Origin: Felis catus
Lineage: Eukaryota
Length of the DNA: 64,000 nt
Direction of reading: 5' to 3'
Assembly (NCBI RefSeq): GCF_018350175.1
Contig: NC_058368.1
Location: 136,960,001 to 137,024,000, forward strand
Below are positions 27,074-38,869 of the stretch, in pieces; positions within the stretch are counted from its first letter, which is position 1, and each line of letters opens with the position of its first letter. The position numbers and the translations under genes are program-made. The notes under the pieces were generated by a model. It had not been told where the DNA came from, searched no databases, and saw only the letters and a program-made list of their open reading frames with translations.

Positions 27074-27617
27074 CAGGGTGTCCATATAATTGGTCACCCA
27101 AACTGGGATACTTTTTTTTAAATTTTATTTGTATTTATTTTGAGAGAGAGCTAGAGAGCAAGTGGGGGAAAGTCAGAGAGAGAGGGAGACAGAAACCCAA
27201 GGAGACTGGGCACTGTCAGCACAGAGCCTGATGCGGGCTCCAACTCCCAAACCATGAGATCACAACCTGAGCCAAAATCAAGAGCTCAATGCTTAACTGA
27301 CTGAGCCACTCAGACACCCTTAGGATCCTGTTTAGTTTTTAAGTGTACTTGTTTATTGAGAGAGAGAGAGAGAGAGTGAGAGAGAATCCTAAGCAGGCTC
27401 TGCACAGTCAATGCGGAGCCTGACTCAGGGCTCAGTCTCATGAACCTCAAAATCATGACCTGAGCCAAAACCACGACTCAGACATTCAACCAACTGAGCC
27501 ACCCAGGCACCCAAACTGGGATACTTTTGAGAGTTAAAGTGACACTCTTAGTAATTACTCTGGGACAAAGCTATAAACCAGGGTTGTTCCAGGTAAACCA
27601 GGATGTTGGTCACTCAA
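27074..27617. mobile_element. hAT-Blackjack MITE (MER94-like) split by a Can-SINE pair
   Basis: TIR-like cagggtgtccatata ... gttggtcactca; the sequence resumes collinearly after the SINEs. Confidence 0.65.
27116..27511 (-). mobile_element. Two tandem Can-SINE monomers inside one TSD
   Basis: Monomers at ~27116-27319 and ~27335-27511; TSD caaactgggatactttt at 27099-27115 and 27512-27528. Confidence 0.85.
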
Positions 27618-29171
27618 CAACATACAATACCAAGATTTTGGCCACATTTCTCACAGAGTCAGTGTATATTTACCCTCAGGCTAGATCTAATTAAGTCTCT
27701 CATACCCAGAGTTAAGAACTAAAAACAGGCTTTATAATATACTTCATGACACTTTTTAAATTACTTTCCTTAGATATTTTTTTCTCCCTCAAAATGAAAT
27801 TTTACTTGGAAGGCTAACATGAAAAACAAATGAAATTTGAACCACTTTGAGTGAAGTGGGAATGAGGGCTGAGAGTCTCTCCTTCTTCCCTGGCAGCTCT
27901 GGAGGGACCCAAGAGGGACCTCTGACTCCTCGATCCACAATTTGGAAACCTCCATTCTAGACCATGCTCTCTCCATCTCAACATGAACTTGTTCCTCAAA
28001 CATACCCACATGATTCATTTGGTTGGAAAAGACTAGAGTTTGCTATTCTGGATTTCCTGGTTCCTGTTCCAGCCTGTTCCTGTTCCATACCCAGAATGAA
28101 CCGGAAGTCTGCAGCCCTTACAGTATGTCTTTGACACAGGGCTACTGAAAGAATGAACACGTAACAGGACCCCAAGAGCTGGAGGCCTCACAGACCATGC
28201 TGCCAGCCTTGTGAGTGATGTCATCAGAGGCACTAATGAGCGATATTCAAAATGAACGGAAGGCAAGTTGCCCCTCTGAAGACTTGGAAGAGTTTCCTGG
28301 CACAGAGCTGTGCTTGCACCACAGAAACCCACACTATTCCACTCACCATCCCCTTTGCAGGTGCTTGACCTCAGGGCATGGGTGGCAGTAGGAAACCCAG
28401 GCAGCTTTGGCACTTTGTCATGGTGGTGAGGCTGAAAGAAAGAGCTTTAAGCAAGGTAGCAGGAGAAATGTGTCAAGATTGACAAAGCCCACGGGTGGAT
28501 GATTCGAAGTAGATGCGGCTGAGGGGGAAGCACCTTGGCCAAAAGAAAAAGCCACATCCAGCAGTCAGAGATGGGCCAGGTGGTCTAAAGAAATGTACTG
28601 GGAACTTTAGGAGAAGAGAAAGCAAAGTAATAAACAGTACCTACCTCTACGAATAAGAGTTGAGACTACCAACCAAGAGGCAGTTTTTACATAAACACAG
28701 ACACAGTACCAGAGGGTTACTGCTTACGGCTAGTCACAGGTATGCGACATCCTGTAGGCACTGCTTTATTCGGCACCCATGCCTAAGGAAAGCCTACTGC
28801 TGGGCTCAAGCCACCCACGGTAGTCTTCACCCCTGACTAGAATCACGATTCAAGCATCTAGGAAGAAATAATTAGTCACTGTAGGCGGGCTGTGTATTTT
28901 TAGACTTATTAAGTGACCATAAACATCACAGGCATCATCTTCTAGTACAAAATTGTGTGATTATACAAGAGTACGTGTGTGTGTGTTGTGTGTGTGCATG
29001 TGTGTGTGCGTGTTCATGTCAAGAGGCTCTTACAGAACAGGTGAGAAGCCCTAAATCAGCAGGATGATTTCAAGGTCTCCTACTCCACATTTTAATGAAT
29101 CTGAAGGCAGAAACAAATATTTATGGAGTCCCTGGGAGGAGTCTTGGGAGCCACCATTTTAACCTCGTCCA

Positions 29172-29350
29172 TCTTTCTCAACCCTGGCTGCACAGAAGAA
29201 TCCTCTGGGGGAAACTTTTAAACAAATACCCATATTGGGGCTCCACTAGACCAATGAAATCAGACTCTCAGCAGCTGAGGCTCAGCCTTGGTATTATTTT
29301 TTAAGGTTCCCCTAGATGATTCTGATATGCAGGCAGCTTTGAGAACACAG
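29172..29350. mobile_element. MER5-like hAT MITE in the putative 3' UTR
   Basis: ttctcaaccctggctgcaca...gaatc start and tttgagaacac end. Confidence 0.6.
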
Positions 29351-30258
29351 CCCAGAATCTGCTTACCAGTAACTACCTGATGGTTAGCATAATACTCTAA
29401 ATAAGCAGTGATCAGATTTCAAGAATTCCTCCCCACATCCCTGGTCTGGCACTGAGAAGAAACCCACTGCGCCTAAGGCTTCCTGCGGCTGCCTTGTGGG
29501 GCATGAGGCCTCAGAGCAAGGTCTCCAGGAGGGGGCTCTGCTCAGGACACAAGGGGTGAGCTGGGACACACTGACCACTTTGGAGACCATCTGAAAATGC
29601 GCGCCACAAGCCATACCTGGTGACGGAAGCTGCTGCAGAACAAGGCAGACCCAGGCAAGGATCTAAGTTCTGCTGGGTTTTCATTAGTTAAAATTATTCC
29701 TGTTTTCTTAAACATGCGGAAACTACTTGAGAATATTCTCTTCAATACCTCACCCTCCTTTGTCATTTTTGGCATTGTGGATGATTCAATAAAGGTGATT
29801 TTTATATATACAACTACTAATATTTTCATCTATCTGGAAAAATATTATAACTTCCACACATTCAACTAAATCATCATTAATAAGGTAACATGTCAAGCAC
29901 CATATTTTTGCAACTAAAAAGAAATCTACCATGTATTATGTATTAGTCAAAGGAAAACAATTTCTAAAAGCACCTCAGCATCTGCTTAGAATTAGGTATC
30001 TAGAATATGTACAGCTTATTATACTGGAGAAGCATGAAATAGCACTGAAGAAGCCCCCGCATGCACGTTAAAAATCAAGGGCCCAAGGAATGACCTGAGA
30101 AGCATTTGTATTAGTGAGGACAATCCCTGCTCGTTTAGTCCAGGCCATTTGTAAAGATCTGCGCCATTTGCCAGTCTCCAGCAAATGACAGCTCGTGCAG
30201 AAAGCTATATTTGAACTGCCTATTCTCATTTTCCAAATGTAATTTTAGAGCTGTCCAC

Positions 30259-30794
30259 TTAGATACCTAAAAGCACTGCTTGTTTTTCCATTTTCCTCTC
30301 CAGTAATTCCTTTAAACTCTCATCTCTGTGCTTGAAGTACAGGTAATCAGAAAAGGAGGGGCCCCTCCGAGCACTCTGCAGAGCCCTGAGACGGAGACAC
30401 TCTTCCTTGTGGGCAGATTCTCTCTCCAGGCTGCCCTCTGCCCCCAGGCTGTCCTTGCTCCTCTCCTGGTGCTCTCTGTTTGGCTTGTCCTCCTTTTCCT
30501 CCTCACAGGTGTCCTCAAGCACCCTGGGAGCCTGCTCGGGCTGGGTGGTGAGATCGTGGGGGGTGCAGGGCTGCCTGGGTTGGGGGTCCAGGCCGGGGCT
30601 GTCTCCACCCACTTCATAGCTATTGTCCTCCTCCTCTTCCTCATGGCAGGAGCTGCCCCGGGCACTCTCCCCATCTGACTGGAACGCTGGCCCCTTCACT
30701 CCACGCTTCTGGGAAAGGTCAAAGGGCTCCTCCTGCTCCAGACCCCTCAGCACTCCTGCCGTCTGCGCCAGGGCGATTCGCCCCCTTCCAAAAC
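30259..30794 (-). CDS. ZNF366: ZNF366 last coding exon: acidic C-terminus with PFDLS (30712-30726) and LKELL (30301-30315); stop TAA at 30259-30261
   Basis: ctctcacag|GTTTTGGAAGG completes the phase-1 Gly, then reads FGRGRIALAQ...EKQAVLLGI*. Exon sum 1332+192+175+536 = 2235 nt = 744 aa plus stop. Confidence 0.96.
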
Positions 30795-30919
30795 CTGTGA
30801 GAGCAAAAGCAACGTTCAGGTCCCAGGAAAAGCTGTGAAAATGGGCCACTGGGTGGTACCCAAGGCCATTTAGTATAGTTTGATTTTACATTTTAAAAAT
30901 AAATTCCCAGTAAGGCTGT

Positions 30920-31440
30920 GGAGAGACGGGTCTTGTCACAGATGAAGTTTGCATCCGTGTAACTTCCTTAAGGTAAATTTGGCAACATGCACTAAATGCT
31001 TAAAATAAACATAGCTCTGACTTAGCAATTATGCCACTGAGAATTTAAACTATGAAAACAATCAGACAGGTGCACAAAATATATGTGTAAGGATGCTCAT
31101 CACCACATTTTTTATGGTGAAACTGAAATGATGGAGGTTTTTTAGATAAATAATACACTGAACCATGTGTAGAAGATGTAGAGACCTACAAATGGTTATA
31201 AAAAGGTATGCTCTATATATTTTAAGTAAAAATCATATTTACCATATATATTTATAGTGTAGACCCAGTTGTATCTATCTTTATCAAAATATCTGGAAGA
31301 ATTTACATCCAAATCTCAAAAATTCCATGATTCGGACATTTTTCTCTTCAATTCTAAGGTCTTTCTTATTTTCAGTGAGCAAATATTTTACCAGAAGAAG
31401 AAATAAAATCATAACAAAGGTATTTTTATCTTGAAAAAAA
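30920..31440 (+). mobile_element. Old L1 (L1ME-like) 3' fragment
   Basis: tttggcaaca...gacttagcaatt...gtgtaaggatgctcat L1 3' motifs. Confidence 0.5.
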
Positions 31441-33667
31441 TGCACGAAAGTATACCATTTGGGGACAAGAAGGCCGCCCCATAACCAGTGGTCCTAAGCA
31501 CAGACTGGAGAGGGCACAAAGAGATCCCCTTGAGGAACTCTAAAGCCTCTGTGTCCAACTACAAGCATCCCTGCTATTGGGCACAGTGATGCAAAAGGGC
31601 CTCACTTTTAGTTTCAGTTGGAGGGCCCTGTTGGGAGGGACTTTTCAGGAGCCAGAAACACATAGGAGGGCTCCGCCTAATTTGATCTTGCAGGTCTCTG
31701 CCCCTGGTGAGCCAACAGCCAGGCCCTGAGGAGGAGGCGGGCAGAACCAGGCTTTTGGCGTGGGGGCAGACGTCCAGGTCTGCTTGCCTTATGATATCGT
31801 CAGGCAATGAATCTGTCTATAGCTTTAATCTTGTCAGGGGCACGGGAGGCTCTTTTTAATCTGAGTCATGATTTTTGAGTCATTTCAAACACTAGAGTGA
31901 AAAAGCGCTAACACCTTTTGTAGATGAAAACATTTAAATTGTTGAAAGTCTGTTAACTTTCAAAGCATCTCTCTGATACATAGTGATGCTCTTTATTTTT
32001 TCAGAAGAATGACAGAGTCCTTAGGTGCCTTTTAGGATTTGAGCATCCATATGGGGTAAGTTGTGGTGACCAGGTTAAGCTTTCAAACGGATGAACGTCT
32101 CACCATTGCCTTCTGTCCCCAACCCCGGCAACTGAACAAACTTCACCTATTCTGGAAAAATCCAGGTCTAGGTTGGAAATTGGCTCAGGCAACTAGAGAT
32201 GCAAAGAACAATTCAGGAGAAAACCAGTCTCAGGGAAAGAAAACTGCTTTTGTTTTTTAACCGGAATATTTTCAGGGCTTTTGCCTAAACTCCGGGCTTT
32301 GTTTTATGATGACCACAGTTCCCTGTAACTCAGGAGCACTATAAGCTCAGTTGGTGAAAAATATGAAAACTATAATTATTCTGTTTCATGCTGCAGGTGT
32401 ATGTGTGCATCTTATTTATGAATACGTGTGCCTGCTTGACCAGCTCTCTGGAAAGGGTAAGAGAAGCAGGCAACACGAACAAATCTGTGTTTGCCTGGTG
32501 TGGTGAGCACTGGTGTAACTCAGAAATTCCCGAGTTGGGATCCCAGTTCTGCCTTCAGACCTGTCGTGCCCCCTTGGCCTCGGTCTCCTCTTATATAAAA
32601 TGAGAACAACACAGTCTACCTTGGGACATTGTGGGCACAAGCAATAGGATTTCTGAAGTGCCTACTGCCGTGCTTTAATCATACTGGTATCAGCAAACAG
32701 TGGTTAGCATGATTTTGTAAGGTCCATAAATGTGTGTCTTCTCTCCTCACACACAGACCTTCTAGGGAGCAAAGATGGTCTCATCCCCCCAGTATCTTCT
32801 GCAGCACCTAGGGCTCTGCTTTGGACAGAGGTGCATTTATTGCCTGTTCATTGAAGGACTGCTTGATTAAGTAACTAGAGAACAACCTGGTGAACTCAGT
32901 GGATCTGGAACATAAACTCGTCACAGCTAAGGGCCGTGGCACTGAGGGGGCGAGAACTGCTTAGCAGTTTACTTCGGGCTCAGTGGGGGAGACGGAAGCC
33001 CCTGCTCTGCAGATGGGCCAGTGAGCCCTGCCAAGCAGGAAAGCCGTCCCTGGGTGCATCTAGTTATGAACAGGAGACCCAGCCTGCTACACACATCCTT
33101 CTGTGGAGGCAGAGCTTACATGCCTGTTTTTTAGAAAGGAAAGAAAAAGAAAAAACCACATGTCCTTTAAGAGCAGTGCGATGAAATGGATACAATAAAG
33201 GCTTTAATGTCAGGAAGGTCTGTGTTCCAATCCTGACTCAGCCACTTTTTCAGTTGAGCAACTTTGGGCAAATCACTCTCTTGAAGCCTCAGTTCCCCCC
33301 ATCTGTAAAATGGGGATAATATAAGTTCCTCCAGCCTTGAGTTGCTGTCAAGATTAAAGGAGGCAAGGCACCTGATGTGGTGTCTGAAGCAAGAGCTAAT
33401 AATCGTACTGACTGCATGGTTATGATGTTCTCATCTGTCCTCTGTAATTCGCTTTTACTTACTACCTTCAGATAGTACTACTGTATTTGTTAGAATAACA
33501 CTGTAAGCCTGTTTCTGCTCCTCTGCTGTGGTCTTGACACTATGATCCCTTTTTCAACAATAAGAATACCCCCCCCCACAATAAAGCCCCCTAAAAACAA
33601 GTTGAGCTCCCTTTTTTGTCATCCACCAGCCCCAGCAGCCTTGGGTGCTTCCTGGAAGAGTGATTAC

Positions 33668-33842
33668 CTTGAGAATGGAGGCCCCGCTCCATGACTCCAT
33701 GCTTGACTTTCATGTGGCGTGTCAGGTTCCCCTTTAGGGTGAATTTGCTTGGGCAGTAGAGACACTTGAAGGGTTTGCTGTCGGAGTGCAGGTGCATGTG
33801 GCCCATTAGGTTGTGCATCCGGTTGAATTCCTTCCCACACAG
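33668..33842 (-). CDS. ZNF366: ZNF366 third coding exon (175 nt): fingers 10-11
   Basis: ttctgacag|CTGTGTGGG encodes LCGKEFNRMHNL...GLHSQ+G, then donor |gtaatc. Completes the CKLC finger split across the intron. Confidence 0.96.
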
Positions 33843-36361
33843 CTGTCAGAAACAATGAAGAGGATGAGACAGGCTACTCGTGGAGGTGGGTCCTGCCCAG
33901 GTGAACCCACACCTAGGCCTGCATGAGGACGGATGTGCCTTCACTTTGTTTGGATCTTGGCATTTTAAGTGGCCTCCAAGTAGAATGTCCCCAGTGAAGT
34001 CAGGGAGGGTCTGGACTGCGCCCAGGCCCAGAGGTGGAGCAGGGAGGGATGGATTCATGGGCTTGTGTTCCTATCGCACAGGGATTTTTCAACTCATGGC
34101 AAAACTTGCAAAGCTAGTAAGGCTTCTTTCGAGTGCGAGCTGCAGAAAAGGAGAAAAGCTGAGCTGAGAAGCAATTGCTCAAAGTGTGCTTCATTTTAAT
34201 AATAAGTATATGATTACCTGTTTAATATTTATGGAACGTTTATAACATGGAAGATACTGTCCTAGGTCTACCATGGAATATCACATTTAATTATATCGAT
34301 CCTATAAGGTGGGTGCTGTATCATCCCCATTTTACAGATGGGCAAACTGAGGGATTAAGGCACTTGGCCAAGGCACAAAGCTAATGGGTGCTGAAGCTGG
34401 GATAATGAACCCAGGCCACTAGACACCAGAGGTCACATGGCCAACCACCACACCATCCTCTGTGCCCTCAATATAACTTCTGTGAGACTGTATCATGCAA
34501 TGCATTTCTAATTTTTTAATTTGCTTATTATTGGAACGGATAGCAAAGTTAGAAGGAACAAAAGAGGGATCTAAAGAAGGAGTGTGTCTTTTTCTCTGGG
34601 TAGAGATTTGAAGGCCTGAAAATATGATCTCAGGTGTAAACATGTTTCATTCATTTCTTTCTTTCTTTTATTTTTTTTTTGTCATTTTGTCATTTCTATT
34701 TGTAACAAAGTGCAGATGCATGATGGGTCAGAAAAGTGGTTCTCCAACTTCTTTTGAGAGAACAGAACTGCCTTTTCAAAGGCAATTCATGCAGATACGG
34801 AAGGTATAAAACGGAGTCCACTGCTCTGGGTGCTTTCCGCCCTCTTCCTGTCCCCCGGCCCTAGCAGAGCAGGGTTTGGAGAACCCAGCCCTTCCTTGGC
34901 TGTGCCGGGAGGAATACAGAGAAGGGTTTTGTGTCTGTGCTCAGGCCCGAGTGGAACATTTTCCTTCCCTCCCTAACCTCAGAGGCCCATGCTGTGAGGG
35001 CAGTGATATGGAGTGAAAGATCCTTGGAGAGAGAAGTCAGGGCACAGTGGCCCCTGAGGCTGACACCAGTTTTCCTTTTGCACTGAGAGACATTTTCAGG
35101 GACGATGTTGGGGGTACTGGATTGAGTATTTATGAATGAAGGCACTGTTTTCTTCAGGTTGCCACGGAGATGGGAGTTACAGGAGCCATGGAAGAGTGCG
35201 TAGATCTAACAAACAGAGACGTAGGAAGACCAACTGCAAAGAATGCTAGGTGGTAAGAGGCAGCCAGCTGGGGTGACAACTTTGTCACAGATAATCCACC
35301 CATGGATAATGAATAATTGTTTCTGTGTTTTTAAATGATTCACATTTGGGACTTTTAAGTACTTTTCCCCTTTTTACTTCCTTACTGGCAAGAATGAACT
35401 TGGCATACTGGTGTCCCACACTCAGTGTTCAGAGTAGCTGCACAGCACATTCATTTGGAAAAGGTGACCTGAGAGGGGAAAGGCTGGGAGTGTTGATCTA
35501 ACTTTAACATCCCTCCATGTGGGATGGATACTCGCTTTCTTTTATTCTCAATAGAGACAGTTTTGTAAGATGCATCAGTCTGTGATTCAACTTTGCACAG
35601 GTGAAAGTTCTGGCAGAGTATTATTTATTAGTTTAGTTTATCCAGTTCTCTATCCTGGCCAAGGGGGGAAAAAAGCTTTGAATCTACTGATTTGAATTAG
35701 CTTTGAATCTACATTAGGTATTTCCAGTCTTGAGTCATTTTAGAAAAAGGAGATCTCATTTGGTTCACGGGACGGTTCCTGATTATTTGGAGTGAGCCTG
35801 CAGCAAAAGATCTGAGAACAGCACAAGCCATGGGTGATTAAACATAAGACACAAAGGAGGAGAGAAGCTGGAGGCTGGAAGATTAATTAGACTACTGCAC
35901 TAGTCCAAGCTTGGATGAGTCTCATGGTCGTTTAAGCTAGATAGAATTGAAGAGATGGGTGCCTTCTGTACTTCGCTCCTATAAAGGGGTAGGGATTCTA
36001 CTTTTAGTTACTATCTCTGGTTGCTGAGATATCAGAAGCTGGACTAGTCTGAAAGGTTTTTATAAAGGAGAATTTTAGCTCAACCTTGAAGAATGTATAG
36101 AATGCCATTTGTTTTTATTTTGACACAGAATAAAGTCTCTTCATTAAGTATTTTCAGGCACTTTATTCAACATTGAACTAGAGGCAAGATAGAAATCACA
36201 GTTGTGATAATGACCAATTGTTTGTTGTTGCCACAGCTGCTGCAACTCGGTGGTCAGAACAGTCCTGGAATTCATGGGCCCTAAAGTCCTACCTCCCTTC
36301 CCCATCCTACTCCCACCCCAACACACATAGAGGGGCACAAATATCAGAATGGCTACTAATA

Positions 36362-36522
36362 GGGGCACCTGGGTGGCTCAGTCGGTTAAGTGTCCAACTT
36401 CAGTTCAAATCATGATCTCTCAGTTTGTGGGTTCCAGCCCTGCATCGGGCTCTGTGCTGACAGCTTAGAGCCTGGAGCTTGCTTAGATTCTGTCTCTGTC
36501 TCTCTGTCTCTCTGTCTCTCTG

Positions 36523-36553
<31 letters not shown>

Positions 36554-36633
36554 ACCTCTCCCCTGTTCATGCTCTGTCTCTCTCTGTCTCTCAAAGATAA
36601 GTAAATGTTAAAAAAAAAAAAAAGAAAGAAAAA
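36362..36633 (+). mobile_element. Can-SINE
   Basis: TSD agaatggctact(a/g)ata; long CT-rich tract. Confidence 0.92.
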
Positions 36634-37998
36634 AGAATGGCTACTGATAAGTATTTTCCACCTACTTCCTTAGCTTTGGACAAGCCACATTTTATGATCC
36701 TTTAACATAACCCAGTGTGTGTTTTTCTACTATAATGTTTTTCTGACTTAATTCATCCACTGCTGAACTTCCTGGGACATTTTTTAGTGGTACATGCATA
36801 TATTAGGATATTAAAATGATATTGTCCCCTGAAGTCAAGGCATATGGCCTTAGGGAAGGTCCACTGTAGGGCATGTCTGGTCAGTTATATTATCTGAGGG
36901 TGACTGGTAAATGACGCACTTTTGTGCTGTTGGTAAAATCTATTTTTTGTGTATTATAGTTCATGATTTATGGTAGCCTAACGGGCCAACCAATGGAGAG
37001 TGTTCACAGGGTTGAATGGAGGTGTGTCAACTCTAAAAGATGTTTGGAGCATTAAAAGGTACCCTAAGTTATCTTTTGAAATGCAAGAGCTTCCTTCCTT
37101 TTCTTTGCGGCCAACCTCAGTATCAAGCACAGGTCTACACACATAGTAACACTTAATAAATACCTAAGTATTTGGCTTGGGGAATAGACAAACAAGTCAG
37201 GAAAATATCAACTACCCTGTGCAAAAATCCAAAAAGCAGCCATCGCCAACCCTCTTCTTTTCCCTCACTGTAATATGTACAACCCTATACACACTAGTTT
37301 GTAAGCCAAAATCCTCAGTGGCAGAAGGATAGAGACAGGTAACTCAGGACCCAAGGTACTTGAACACTATTCACATCTCTGTGGTAGGCACCCTTCGCTA
37401 CTTCCTTTCAGCCCTCTAGCTCTTCCACAAAGCCCTTTGGTCCTTATCCAGAATACTGGGCCTCTTCATCTTTCTTAGAAGACCATCCATCAGTATAGAA
37501 GACATTTTATGTCTGTGAAATTCAGAGGGGGACTTTTCAGTCACTGTTAGTAAAGAGAGGCCAGAGGAAGAGAACTGGGTGAATTAAAGAAGGCACCCTT
37601 GGGTGGGGTTTGAGATGTGAGCTCCCAGAAAAATTGTCATAGTAGAGAAGGGGAGGTAGACTGGAAGGAAGAAGAGTTGGGAGGGAGCACCAAAACTCTA
37701 GTTTCTTTCTTCTCCTGGGAAAAGCAGTCAGTCTATGTCAAGGCCCCCTATAATCATGACATGTGAGGCTAAGAGCTTGCCCAAGTCAAGACTTGCTGAA
37801 TCATCTCCTGCCAAGGTCTGTGGGGATTGAAATAGGGGTAGGTACTGACACAGGAAGCTACTGGAGTGGTGGTATCTCAGATTTCATGGGACATGTGGCC
37901 ATCTCAACCAGTCTGCCCCTCTTGAACTTTCAGTTCCTCTAGTGAGGGGTATTAGTGTACCTCTGGCATTAAATCTCAGCTTTTCCATCAATACTCAC

Positions 37999-38000
37999 AT

Positions 38001-38040
<40 letters not shown>

Positions 38041-38134
38041 GAGAGAGAGAGAGAGCACGGGGAAGTGGGGCAGAGGGAGAGAGAGAGAGAGAGGGAGAGA
38101 GAGGGAGAGAGAGGGAGAGAGGGAGAGAGGGAGA

Positions 38135-38188
<54 letters not shown>

Positions 38189-38311
38189 CTTAAGTGGGCT
38201 CTATGCTCAGCACACAGCCTGACTTGGAACTTGATCCCACGACCCTGGGATCATGACCTGAGCCGAAATCAAGAGTTGGACACTGAACTGACTAAACCAC
38301 CCAGGAGCCCC
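37999..38311 (-). mobile_element. Can-SINE with expanded (GA)/(GGAGA) tract and (ATTT)n tail
   Basis: TSD ccatcaatac(t/c)cac on both sides. Confidence 0.9.
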
Positions 38312-38394
38312 CATCAATACCCACTTTTATGCCTACTTTTTAAATGGAGGTGAACTTCAACATTTAATAGAAAATGGGAACAAAAGTTTTGTTT

Positions 38395-38595
38395 TCATTT
38401 TTTTTAAGTTTTATTTATTTATTTTGAGAGGGAGAGCACAAACACAAGCAGGGGAGGGGCAGAGAGAGAATTCCAAGCAGGCTACATGCTGTCAGTGCAG
38501 AGCCCGATGCAGGGCTTGAACTCACAAATCGTGAGATCATAACCTGAGCCGAGATAGAGTCAGACACTTAACCGACTGAGCCATCCAGGCACCCC
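38395..38595 (-). mobile_element. Can-SINE
   Basis: Head ends ccatccaggcacccc; TSD-like aacaaa(a/t)gttt. Confidence 0.9.
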
Positions 38596-38637
38596 TGCAA
38601 CAAATGTTTCGAACTGTCCTTTAAAAATGGGTTGCAT

Positions 38638-38869
38638 GGGGCGCCTGGGTGGCTCAGTTGGTTGAGCATCCAACTTTGGCTCAGGTCATGATCTCACGGT
38701 TCGTGAGTTCGAGCCCCGCATCAGGCTCTGTGCTGACAGCCCAGAGCCTGGAGCCTACTTCGGATTCTGTGTCCCCCTCTCTCTCTGCCCCACCCCTGCT
38801 TGTGCTCTGTCTCTCTCTGTCTTTCAAAAATGAATAAACATAAAAAAAATTAAAAAAAAATAAAAAAAT
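38638..38869 (+). mobile_element. Can-SINE (SINEC_Fc-like)
   Basis: TSD aaaaatgggttgcat at 38623-38637 and 38870-38884. Confidence 0.93.
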
